DNA of 64,000 bases, from the NCBI GenBank assembly GCA_021613535.1, contig CP075492.1, positions 4,960,001-5,024,000 of the forward strand, in the 5' to 3' direction. Shown here piece after piece: positions 12,748-24,545 of the stretch. This DNA is from Adineta vaga. Its lineage: Eukaryota > Animalia > Rotifera. Position numbers and translations under genes: made by a program. The first letter of the stretch is position 1. Each line of letters starts with the position of its first letter. The notes under the pieces were generated by a model. That model saw only the letters and a list, made by a program, of their open reading frames with translations, searched no databases and had not been told where the DNA came from.

Positions 12748-13213
12748 GACTATCTGTTCAAATACAAAAGTGAAAATAACACAGAAAATTATCATAACTA
12801 GATAAACGGTATGTTTGCCGATGAATAGCTTGTAATCTTTTCACAAACAAGAGAATGAATCGAAGGAATATGCATACGATATATTCTTTTTTTTTCTATT
12901 CATTCTCTCGTCGATAAACATCGACATATCGGACCGTTCTTATAACAATCATCCAAAAAAGAAAGCTATTCATATTGGTTTTTTTTGTTGAAATTTTAAT
13001 CGAAATGAATGAATGAATGATTCCTTTCACATAATCGTACGCTCAAATTTGGTTGATACTTGCATATTTTTTAATTCCAGTTGAATACGTACAGATATTT
13101 CTTTCATCAAGTTTCAATTTATTAAACTAAAACGAGATATTTTATAAGGAGGTATTGTTAGACTATAAGAAACATTTATACAAGTATATATCTATATATA
13201 TTTATGATTTTCT

Positions 13214-14839
13214 CTAACAAGGAGGATATTTCATTTGTAAATAATTCATCAAAGCAGCTGTTTGTGCGATATTAATAGTTTGTATCAATGTAATATTCGG
13301 ATTATTGAACCCAGTATATAACCTTGTATATTCTATAGTTACAACTGTATAATTAAGACCACTAGTTCCGACATTTATACCATTGACTAACCATGTCACT
13401 CCTTGATCTGGTGTTTGTATTCCAGTATATGAAAGAAACATTCCATTTCCTTTCGATGATCTACCAACAGCTAAAATTCGAGCAAGTATTTGTCCAGGAA
13501 CAGAAAGAACTTGAATATAATTGACATATGGTAATATACGTATAACATCGTAACCGGTAATTGTATCACGAAGAATATCGTCAATACGTATTGCTCCACT
13601 ATTAAAAATGGCAATAGTTGATTGATTTATTGATGCTGCAGTTATCATACTTTCACAGATTGCATCAGATATTGATGTTTGAGAAGTTCGTACAGCTTCT
13701 GATCTTCCATCCAATTCAACACCTGCTGGTAGACATGAAATTGTTTTTTCGATTGGATATCCTAATGCAGCAAATGCTTGAATACCTAAATTGTACCAAT
13801 ATTTCGCTACAATTGCAGTTTCTTTTTCTTCAGGAATATCTGATGTTATTCTTGTTAACGTACTATAAATACGAAGTTTCTTCGTATCGATATTATAAGC
13901 ACATCGATGAATAAAAACAGTAAATGCATTGGCATCGGCTTTCGAAAGTGGAATATATTTTGGTCCACGTAAATAGTATTGATCTTCATGTTCATGTCCA
14001 CCTAAAATCAAATCAATTTGTGGAATTTTTGCAGCAAGTTCAATATCTTGTGCAATATCTAAATGAGTAAGAGCAACAAGAACATCATATGTTCCATTAG
14101 GAAATTGAGTTAAAAATTGTCGAATATAATTAATTAAAGATGCTTGATCAATGAAACGAGCATAAGTCAAATTTGAAGGAACTGTTAAACCAATGATAAG
14201 AATACGAACACCATCAATAGTCAGAATTTTATGTGTTAAACTCGTTCCAATTGATTTGCTACTATTCATTTGAAATACATTTGTACTAATCCATGTAAAT
14301 TTCGATTCATTCATTCGTAACAACAATTCGTTATGATTATAATCAAATTCATGATTACCAAATGTCATATAATCTAATCCAAGTGTATTCATTGTTGCAA
14401 TCATTTGTTTGCCATTCAAAGCCGTTCCATTTACTATTGCTGTACTCAATGCTGATGGTGATATTAGATCACCAGCAAGTAATGTAAATGTATTTGAATT
14501 TTCCTCTTTTAATAATTGCCGTAAATATGCTACACGAGCTAAACCACCTTTACGACCTTTATCAAGTGGTAATAGTTCATAAACATCATTCATTTGTAAG
14601 AAAGTCCATTGAACATAATGACCATCATTAGGTAATCGTTGAGGAAAACCAATAGCTCCATTTTCAACTGCATAAGTATGGGATAATATCAGTCGTGTTA
14701 GATTTCGTTCATATCGCCATAATGAGCCATAGATTATCGTCAAAATAACAAGAAAAAGTATCACAATTGATAGGATGAAATACGTAAGTCCATGTGTAGT
14801 TAACATAAATCTCCATCGACTGTCATTATTGAAAACCAT
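13214..14839 (-). CDS. Bifunctional metallophosphoesterase / 5'-nucleotidase with N-terminal membrane anchor, intronless
   Basis: LQMNDVYE, GGLAR, AGDLISPS, FGNHEFD, ALTH, ILGGHEH and C-terminal NSGAIR domain; N-terminal hydrophobic helix. Confidence 0.9.
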   Translation of the reverse strand: MVFNNDSRWRFMLTTHGLTYFILSIVILFLVILTIIYGSLWRYERNLTRLILSHTYAVENGAIGFPQRLPNDGHYVQWTFLQMNDVYELLPLDKGRKGGLARVAYLRQLLKEENSNTFTLLAGDLISPSALSTAIVNGTALNGKQMIATMNTLGLDYMTFGNHEFDYNHNELLLRMNESKFTWISTNVFQMNSSKSIGTSLTHKILTIDGVRILIIGLTVPSNLTYARFIDQASLINYIRQFLTQFPNGTYDVLVALTHLDIAQDIELAAKIPQIDLILGGHEHEDQYYLRGPKYIPLSKADANAFTVFIHRCAYNIDTKKLRIYSTLTRITSDIPEEKETAIVAKYWYNLGIQAFAALGYPIEKTISCLPAGVELDGRSEAVRTSQTSISDAICESMITAASINQSTIAIFNSGAIRIDDILRDTITGYDVIRILPYVNYIQVLSVPGQILARILAVGRSSKGNGMFLSYTGIQTPDQGVTWLVNGINVGTSGLNYTVVTIEYTRLYTGFNNPNITLIQTINIAQTAALMNYLQMKYPPC

Positions 14840-16549
14840 TGATTAGATCAAATCTACAAAGATATAATTTGTGCATTTTCAAGACTATACTTTGAATGTA
14901 TATCGATCGATTATACGTGAAAAGAAAAATACCCTGGATGTCTTCGTAAAGATACTACCTCCACTTACAGAAAGAAAGAAGAAATAGAATAATATACATA
15001 TATACAACAAATCCATCTATAGGAAATTTGAAGTATCTTCGCTAAATTTTTCGCTAAAAATTATTAATTGTCTTTCATATTCATTAACTGTTTTAGAAGA
15101 ATATCACTCTCTCTCTCTCTACTTATTACTAACATATCAAACGAAATGAATTCAGTTATGTCTCGTACTATTTCAGTGCAATGCATGTGATTTTTCTTTC
15201 TTTCTTTTCATTTCTTTTTTTAACCCCATGTGTAAAGAGAATTAGTTGTTGATTTTTTACATAGATTATTGAATGCGATGGTATTTCAACGATAATCCTT
15301 ATTAAAAAAACATGTGTATATGTCCGTTACTTAAGCTTTCGAAACACTTCTTTTATACTTAATACTCTATTCAAACTGTTAAAACTGACAAGACTATCTT
15401 GACCACTTTGATTCTTTATTTTAAATTGAATGTTATATTCAGGCACACAAGTATTATCGTGACATGGCTTCGATAAGAGCTAGATTATACTTCTTGGAAT
15501 GGTTACAATAACCACACTTTCGATGTCGCCGCCGCACATGCTCTAAAGTCGAAAGAAAAGAAGAACATTAAAAGTGTAAAGACAATGTAGATGTCGCGTT
15601 CCATAGATGCTAAAGAGGCGTAGCTTCCTGCAACTGTAACAAGAGGTAAATTTTCCTACAAGTCAATTTCTTGTTGCGATGACGAAAATAAGTGGATTGG
15701 TAGCAAAACTAGTCCATCAGAGCAACATTTGTGAATCAAATTTATTCTACGCTCTCAAGGAATATATTTCGATCTGGTGACAATAATGTGCACAGTAATG
15801 GTCTGTCTGAAAGTTTTTGAACTGAGTATATTATAATACATTAGCGAACTGTAATGTTATCGCATATCTTGGGTGTTCTATAAACTTTTATGAGAGCATG
15901 TAAATTGATAAGTTAATTAATACATGCATTTTCCCTGTCTTTATTCGACAACAAGAAGCATACATATGAAAATATATGTTGTATTTTACATGCTTTGATT
16001 TTATTTATGGTACTTCGAACATTTATTCGTTACTTTACTGCATGAAATCGAATTTACAATCATTTCATTTTAACTCTAAAGTGCACATCAGTCGAAAAGT
16101 TCTGATAAAGTATACCTTTCTAGATCATTCTACGTCTGAAGAATATTGATGATACTCATACTAGCAGTAGGATTCAAATCAAGAACTATCATTGGCTGGA
16201 AGAATCATGACGTTTGTTCTCGACAATACAAGAGATAGACACAAATCTTGTGAATAAACACGAATATTTTACTTACACGTTTTGTTTTTAAGATAATAAC
16301 TATGAGTAAATATCTTATGAATATGTTCCTGATTTGAATTTAATTAAGCTAACACACTTGTTCCCAAGCTTGGATAGATTCAATTTCCTAACCTCATTCA
16401 AGTAGTTGAGCACTTCGTTTAAATATTATTTATTAAAGTTAGTGAAAGCTGATTAACAATGTATGGATAAGAATATTTCTCTCTCTCTCTCTTTTGATTA
16501 TATAAAAAGGGAAAAAATAATGTTCAAATATAAATCATGCCAATGATTC

Positions 16550-16763
16550 TCATTCTGCAGCTGTATCGACCGAACGTTTAGCCGGTTGTGCATCTTGAAT
16601 TCGCATCAATAATGGACGTACTCGACTACCTCCTCCCCAACGTGCTTCACTTGCAAGAATAAAAGCCAAAAAAGTCAATACAGTTAAGATTTGTGCAAAG
16701 AACCTAGAGAAAATAATATAAAATAGGTCAGAATCATTTCATTCAGTAATATATTTACTTCAT
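16550..16763 (-). CDS. 52-aa secreted peptide precursor (not in ORF track)
   Basis: Exon 16763-16759 (ATGAA), intron 16758-16704 (GTAAAT..CTAG), exon 16703-16550 give MKFFAQILTVLTFLAFILASEA-RWGGGSRVRPLLMRIQDAQPA-KR-SVDTAAE*. Probable 5'UTR intron at ~16799-16859 and TATA-like run at ~16902-16914. Confidence 0.75.
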
Positions 16764-17312
16764 ATTGAATCGATTGATAATGATGGATGTTGAGTACCTT
16801 AATCAGAATCAAACGCAATAGAAAACTCGTTTTTGTTTTTCCAAAGAAAGCATTCTTACTTGTTTCGTTAAAGGATGAAAATGTCGATCACCGATCCATC
16901 AATATATATATATACCTGTATATGGTTACTAGAAAAACTATTTAGTATGCATCACTTGATGGTATTGTTTCAAATTATTATACACATTATTTCTATAGAA
17001 TTTATGATACGTATAGATAAAGGTCTCGAGTTTTAAGATGAAAATACTTGATCCAAAACCGGTTATGTAGAGCAAAAAAGTACGTGTTTTCAAATTTATT
17101 GAGTCAAAAATGATTGGAGAAAATATATTCATTCATTTTTAATTCAAGAGAACACTTATTGCGCATTTAAAATGAATAATTAAGAGAATACATAGAATAA
17201 ATATGGATAAGATTGCAAATGTATTCATATGTGACTTTTGAGAGGAAATCAAATCTAGAAAGAAAACTATTCTATCAAAATTGGCCCTCCAGTACTTTTT
17301 GATTTTGCAGCA

Positions 17313-19390
17313 ATGGCAAGTTTTCGGATGATACATATTTCTATATATTTATTCATCATTGGTCGATGTCAATCAGAAAATCTATTCGAACTACCGATTA
17401 ATATTGAACGATATCGAAACTTTCATTTTGCAGGAAATGAAGAACCAGTTAAGAATGATTTTTATGCAAGTATTCAATCAATCAACAATCGATTGGGATC
17501 TTCTACATCAGACATGTATCTTTTGGCAAATGAAGTAGTACTAATTCGAAATGCTCTCTCCGAAAATGAACAGAAATCATTATTCAATTCATTGGTGTCA
17601 TCAATTCCCAAAGCATTATCATCTGTTCAAGTGGATGAGGGTCTCTGTCCCGATGGTAAATGTACTCTGCATACCTGGAAATTAAATGAAACACTAAATG
17701 AGTTAAATTCAAAGAGAATTCAAACAGTAGGAGAAGGAATGTATTCAAAAGCTGCATCATTTCTTCAAATACAACAAACAATACGTACCAAAAATACTAT
17801 TGATAAATCTCTTCATTGTCCACCAATTCATCAGAGACCATCATTCAAATATGTTCATGGGGTAATGTACGATATCAATGATTCACTTGGTTTTCATCAT
17901 GATAAAACCTGGTCAGCACATCAGAACTCCTCATACGAATGGGTAATCTCCATTTCTCTTGGACATTCAGCTGTTTTCAGATATCGAAAGGACGAAAAAG
18001 AAGCAACGACTGAAATCGTTCTCAATTCAGGAGACGTACTTTTCTTTAATGGTGCCGCTTTAGAACATGCAATGCCTTATATTCTGAAAGATAAGTATCC
18101 AATATGGTGGACTAGTGTTGATACATCTCAAAAGGCACGTTTAAATATACAATACCGAGTATTAGGTGAAGAAGATTTTCAACAACAAAATACAGATGTA
18201 ATTCGTAGTTCTACTCGATCTTTAAATTCGGAGATGGATAGAAATCGAATCGTACACTGTGCTGCATCTGTAACAACACTCGGAGACAACAAATTTCTCA
18301 CCGGTAAGATAAAATTAACAGCAAACAGGTAAAGAAAAATCCCGCCTTTATAGAATCTCATGGAAACACCGTCTCTTTTGGCGCAGCGTGGATGAAGCGA
18401 ATTTTTGATCTCGCACAGCCAACTGAAGCTGAAGTAAGTCGAATGAAGATCATATTACAGTAGAGTAAAGGTAAATATATTTGATCTTCTAGAAATCAAC
18501 TAGTATGTCTTCTCACATAAATGTTACTGGATTTGGAACAATTTTACGTAACTACTGGCCATTTACGTTGCATGAACATTTAAATAATCAACGCTTAGCG
18601 ATCCTAGGGATGCGTGGATTGAATACTCAATTGCCTAACGATAATGGGTTGTTAAAAAAACTCTTTTACGAATGTCTATTGGAAATTCAAAAATTACCAA
18701 TATCTGTTGAAGCCAATGGCATTGTAATGAGTTTTTTAGATCCTAATTTGATTATTTCACTTCATATAGCTGGTGTTTTACAAAATCCAGCTGATTTTGA
18801 CAGTACTTTTTCATCCAAAGAAATCATTGATATAAAACAATTAGTATCTCAAGCAATGACATTGATTAATGAGACGGATGCAGAACTCTATCTTTGTATT
18901 ATGCAATCCGTGACAACATTAGCTTTTTATAAATATGTTGATCCTGGTTATATTGGTGGAACAATTTCGTCGATTATTGGAGTGATTTGGCTTGATCCAA
19001 GTAATAAGGAAATGGACAGTAGAAATGATGGCCGAACAAATCGTTCATGAATTTATTCATACTTCATTGTTTATTAATGAACTCGTTCATACATCGTACT
19101 CTGATTATAATCTTCTTGAAGTAGCTCTCGTAAAATCAGCCATTCGTCAACAGATGCGAAATTATGATAAATCATTTCATGCTGCACATGTAGCAACTGG
19201 ATTAGTCGCTTTTCTAAGCAAAGCTGGTTACATCCAACGTGCAACAGATCTGGTGGCGAATTTACGATCATCGATCGCTGATTTAGAAACTGTTTCTATC
19301 CATACAGGTGTTCTTTCTACCAGTGGTCGAACAGTGTTACAAGCTCTTCAAAATTTTTTCTACGAGGGTGTAAGACGAAGCAATGCTTGA
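17313..19390 (+). CDS. Three-exon fusion (~655 aa after correcting one indel): signal peptide + AlkB-like 2OG-Fe(II) oxygenase + linker peptide + aKG-HExxH-type peptide hydroxylase domain
   Basis: Exons 17313-18303, 18354-18433, 18493-19390; introns of 50 and 59 nt (GTAAGA..TAG, GTAAGT..TAG) keep frame. 2OG domain: GFHHD, VISISLG, LNSGDVLFFNG, EH, RLNIQYR. HExxH domain: GGTISSIIGVIWL, AEQIVHEFIH, VKSAIR..RNYDKSFHA. One extra base near 19008 splits the last exon. Confidence 0.75.
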
Positions 19391-20637
19391 CATTTGTTTT
19401 CATTAAAAACGCGATTATATTCGACAGCTTTTATCTTTATTCAATAAATATATGGAGTCCTTTCTGTAGTTGAGAAATGTCTATAGTGGATGGCGAAAGG
19501 GGTACGGATCAAAATTTCTCGACTTAAAACTTACACTCACTTGCTCGCAACTATAGTAAAGTATGAATAGGGCTGGGCGAGGATGAAAGTATCAACGAAT
19601 GGACATGATGTGGGATCGTTGTTTTTGCATATTATCATTAATATATAGAATATTATTCAGAGTTCTAGAATATTCGTGTTTATTTATATTTTTTCGTGAG
19701 TATTTGAGCTTGATTTAAATCTGTTCAAAAAAATGATTCCGTTTATATCATTTGATGAGTTTATAAAAACATTCAATAGATCGAATCGTATACTATCGTA
19801 ATTGCATAGCGAGAACTATTGTTATTTATTTAATTCTATGAAAGCTAATACGAAAGTAATATTTCGAGTATAGCAATTGTATTTGTATTATTTTCTATTA
19901 ACTTTGAGTCATCAGCAGATAAATTATTTGAATCAATTGTGTTCTCATAAGAAATCACCAGAACAACTTGTTTCCTATCTTCACTATTCTGTACAATATA
20001 ATCAAAACATCGATTTGTATCACGAAATGTCACTATGTACGGATCAACCTTGCACAGAGACAGATGCATTGTCCTAGTAATATCAGTAGTAAGAACGTTG
20101 GCTGTTTGATCTAACTAGATTGTAATCTTTGACATGTTTATCGATAATTAAAATAACTCATCATTCCTTTTCTACTAACTCATTCTGCTTTGATCGCTCG
20201 AAGTAGTAACAATAATAGAAACTGCAAAAGTATGATTTGTGATTTTTGTATAAACAACACGCACTTTTATAGGAATTTATCGAGTGGAATATGACTCACG
20301 TTCTTTTACAGACGAGTCATTAAAAGATTTCACAGGAAAAACACCATTGTTTCTTGACACAAAGTGCAACAAGCAAAAAGGGTTTTTTCTCTGATGTATG
20401 CAACTATACATGTATACATAAGAAGAAAGTTTTGTTAGTTGTCTATAAAAATCGACTAGTGTATTTTTGGGTGAACTTTTTCTACAAGAACTCAATGTCA
20501 ATGGTAAATACCTTAGATCTTTTGAGATATTTTTTTTAAATATTTGTTAACTGAATTCAATTGTATAATATTACATTAAGTATCTTGAAAAGATTGATTC
20601 TTAAGCCAAACATACTATTTTATCGGAATTCATTTAG

Positions 20638-22353
20638 GATGAAGATACGGACGAAATCAATGATATTTTACCTGACGCAGATGACGATAATTTTCAGGAA
20701 GATGTCTTATATAGTTCATGTATGTCCATCAGTCTTTTCTCATTACATTTAACAATTAAATTTGTTATTTCAAAGTTCCCGACAATTGTGAAGATGAAAC
20801 AACCGGTATTGAAGCTATGAGTAAATGTTTTTTCCAACGATATGACGCATGCCCAGCTTTCTTTACGGGATCTCTCGGAGAAGCACTTGATGCTGCATTT
20901 AGTCCTTCAACGGTTCAAGAAGTATGTACTTCTCTTTTCATAAAACAAATCATCATCTTATTCTATTTCAGCGTCGTCCATTGTTGATCTACATTCATGA
21001 TAATAAAAACTGTTTCAGTAATATCTTCTGTTCAACAACATTCTGTACTTCGATCATCATAGACTATTTACTCGACAACTATATCGTGTGGCCATGGGAT
21101 ATTACACATCAATCAAATAAAACTAGGTTAGTCACAAACATATCTTCAATTCTAATTGCTTTTCTTCCGGTCTCTAGTTTCATCGAATTTTGGCAACAGA
21201 TATTTCCTTACGATTCGATTGAAAACGCTTTTGAAAATCAATATCCTACGCTCATTGGTATCCAGCGATTGTTTGAGAATAAAGATAAATTGTCGACGAT
21301 TGAATACGGCTATGACCTATTCAAAGAAAGTATATGGACACGCAATAAAAATGCAGCCACTTCTAAACTATTGCTGGAAGGATTGATGCGTTTTCGAGAA
21401 GAAACGAATGAAAATGAACAGAGTCTAGTAAGTTTGTTGCACTCCATTAGTGGTAAAAATAAGGAAATCTCGATTTTTATTTTTAGTCAATGAATTTGAT
21501 GTCTAAAGTTGGTGGTCGTGAAGAAATCATCTTCGAAATAATGAAATATCTTTCATTCAACGATGCGATCAATGCATTCTCACCAAATATCATTCCTTTA
21601 TTTCGAAGATCGAAGAAGAAGAAACTACCAATGGTTGAACATTCTACAATGTTTATTGAGATGTTACTTCGAAAAATCGATCCAACGCAAATTGTTTCAT
21701 TACAACTTAGATCAGAAGATTTAATATTAAATCAGACTAAACCGCAGTTATCAATATACAACAGTGTTAGATCAATCTCATTTGTGAATTTTCATAATGT
21801 GAATGAAATCATTAGGAATGTAATGTCGTTGAAATATTTGACTTGTGTTTCACTTTGGTACGACAGCGAAATAGCCTTTCATGTAATAAGTACGATCAGC
21901 GGGGTATTTCAACAAACAATCAAACAACTTAAAATACATTGCGCAGGCGCATTGTGTGCTCATGGTATTGGAAATGATATATTAGACAACTTCAACCAGA
22001 ATTATTCTATTGAGTATTTAACCGTCGATATGAGTAAATTTGCAGCAGTTGGCATAGACAGTTGTTCGCGCAACTATCCATCATGTTTATTAATGATGAT
22101 TGTTGATTTGATCAAGCGTATGAACAAAATTCGTTGTGTTGATGTGATTACAAATAGATACAATATGAAGAATTTGTTGGATGTTAACGAATGGAAGAGA
22201 ATAATCGAGTATCAGCGTACTCTAGCAAAGGTGACATTACGAGTTGTGGATATGAAGCGAGATGATGAAGAAATCTTAACAAAGATTGACGAGATTCAAA
22301 CAATGTTTCGACACTCCATTGATTTCCGCGTTGTTTTCTCATCATTTCCCTAG
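20638..22353 (+). CDS. FAF1-like UAS (thioredoxin-fold) domain fused to F-box-like/LRR region; 5' end unresolved
   Basis: Approximate exons 20638-20719, 20776-20921, 20971-21126, 21178-21427, 21487-22353. UAS motifs FFQRY..CPAFFTGSL.EAL..AF, RRPLLIYIH, YIVWPWDIT, YP; F-box-like EIIFEIMKYLSFNDAINAF followed by degenerate LRRs. Confidence 0.6.
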
Positions 22354-22819
22354 TCTTTATACACACGAACGGAAAAAGCTCACGAATAATGACACATTCA
22401 AGTTGACAGAGTGATAGTTTTCGATAAAAATCGTTTTTATTGAAGAATTCTTTTTGAATAAATCTAATCTATTTTGCACTAAAAAGAAATTATATACACG
22501 AATCAGATATTCTAGTATTGGTTTTCTTGCAAGTAAGATAACTTGACCATTTTTTATAAAAGAATTTAACGCCTCGATCTGTTCAACAAGTGGGAAGAAA
22601 GTATAATCAAACTCGATTTCGATTCTGTAATACAGCGAAGAGACTTGAAATTACAATTATGTTTTTCTATGATAAATAATCGAAATACTGATCAAGATAG
22701 ATATACTTTATCGTTTCAGTTGAATGAGTTATGAAATAATCGAAAGTCGAAAAAAACGCACGTTAATTACTGAGTGTAATTTCGTCAGTCACTGCGACTC
22801 GTGTGATGTTTATTTATTG

Positions 22820-23379
22820 GTAAAAACATCAACTTGTCTTGTTGATATAGCCTATTTATTCTATGAACAAAAAGAATTCAATAACGCTCTTATATACTAT
22901 AAGAATGCATTAACTATTCGAAAGGAACATTTTCCAGACGGCTATAAATTAATTCTTGATACTCATATCGACATGGCTATTATTTATTTTGATCAAAATG
23001 AAAACGAGAAATCTATTGAAAGAATTGATTATTTACAAAAGATAGCAGAATGTTGGTTTAAAAACGAATCTTACAATCATTCAATTGAATATCGTGAACA
23101 ATGTTTAACAATTAGAGAATCAAATTTTCTTCAAGAACATATATCTGTAACTAATACTCTTTTGTATTTAGGTATAGCTCATAGCAATCTACATCAATAT
23201 GATTTAGCTCTCAATTATGAAATGCAGTTGTATTTATAATACGTGAACAAATGTTGCTACCAAATCATTTTGATATTGGCGAAAGTTTATCAAATATTGC
23301 CTATTGTTATGCCGGATTAAATCAATTGGAAATATTTTTAGAATGCTTTAAACGAGCATTAGATATTTATGAACAATGA
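22820..23379 (+). pseudogene. Truncated tetratricopeptide-repeat (TPR) gene fragment
   Basis: Repeats such as ALIYYKNALTIRKEHFP, LGIAHSNLHQYDLALNY, SLSNIAYCY..FKRALDIYEQ*; frameshift near 23235; no credible 5' exon. Confidence 0.6.
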
Positions 23380-24053
23380 ATACATAAAAAATTCGACACT
23401 GTTAATGAAGAAAGAAAAAGCAATATCTGACAGAATTGTATGAAAAGAAGAGAATAAGTTCCATCCAAAAAAAAGATGCTCTTTTTGTTTCTCTTCGTTT
23501 CATCGAACATAAATCTGTTTATATCTTAGGATGTGGGCGAAAGTATTAATAGCTCTTCTTCATTTTGACTCACATCCTCAAATAGATTTAGATTAGAATT
23601 AATAACAAAATCATTGTTTCTTTATTGGTATGAATACCCAATATTCAAACAACCTTAAGACTTATGTTTTTGATTTCAAATTTTATGAGTTTACTAAAGA
23701 TCTTCATACAACATTATATTCGTAGTTATTAAAATGACTAAGCAAATAGTTTTCTTGTTAGTAAAAACTATGACCTCAAAATAGATGTTGATCTTGCAAA
23801 ACAAACTCTGCGGGAACACGTTTCTAGAACACTTTCTAATGGAAATAGAATATTCAAAGAACATAGGTGATAGAATCACATGAATAACTGTTCATTCATG
23901 CATTAAAAAAAACAGTCAAAAGATTATAGTAAATTAAGTTAATTTGGCATTTCGTCGTTGTTTTTTACTAAAGATAATGTTTCTCGTGAATTTAATATAA
24001 AACCTTATCACGAAGACATAGATTTTCATTAAGATAAGGTATCATATTTATGA

Positions 24054-24076
24054 ATATATATATATATATATATATA
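24054..24076. repeat. (TA)n microsatellite
   Basis: About 11 TA units; a similar run occurs at ~36338-36359. Confidence 0.85.
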
Positions 24077-24545
24077 ATTTCCTAGCTTAATTAGATAAAA
24101 CTATTTTCATTATATAAAGAACTCATTAAAGTCTTTCGGGATTTAGGTTGAAGTACTATTACTGATATACCTCCACACGAACGATTATCCATTCAACAAA
24201 AACCAGTCTTTTTCTATTATCTAACCTTTGAAAATACTCACAGTAAAATCATTCTATTTGTAAGTTTTTGTATAATTACAAACTAGTAAATGCTTCAGAT
24301 AATTTTTCTTTTTTTTCTTAATTCATTTTACTGCACGTGTTTATTATAACTCACTAACGTATACTTTCTTATCATTCATTAGAGCATACAAGAAGAATCT
24401 CTAACTATTTTCTCTTTTCTTAGATATACAGTCCAAAAACGTTGTTAACAGCGAAAAGAAAAGATTGCCGTTAGCTCACTTTAATAAAGAGAAACGTTCA
24501 TATATTAATAAGATCTTGTATCATTTCAAATATCCATATAATAGA

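Noticed and set aside
15430-15900. Slightly GC-richer stretch, possible decayed gene or transposon (checked as a possible missing radical SAM partner)
   Set aside because: Stops in all frames examined and no CxxxCxxC or other diagnostic motif.
18990-19050. Programmed frameshift or two overlapping genes at the HExxH ORF break
   Set aside because: No slippery heptamer or usable intron; the break falls mid-domain; similar 1-bp indels occur across the window.
19480-19740. Possible DNA transposon end downstream of the HExxH gene
   Set aside because: No matching inverted repeat or TSD found by eye.
19845-20069. Short ORF resembling the N-terminal region of rotifer TPR/ADP-ribosyltransferase-type proteins
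   Set aside because: Fragmentary and similarity too vague to call.
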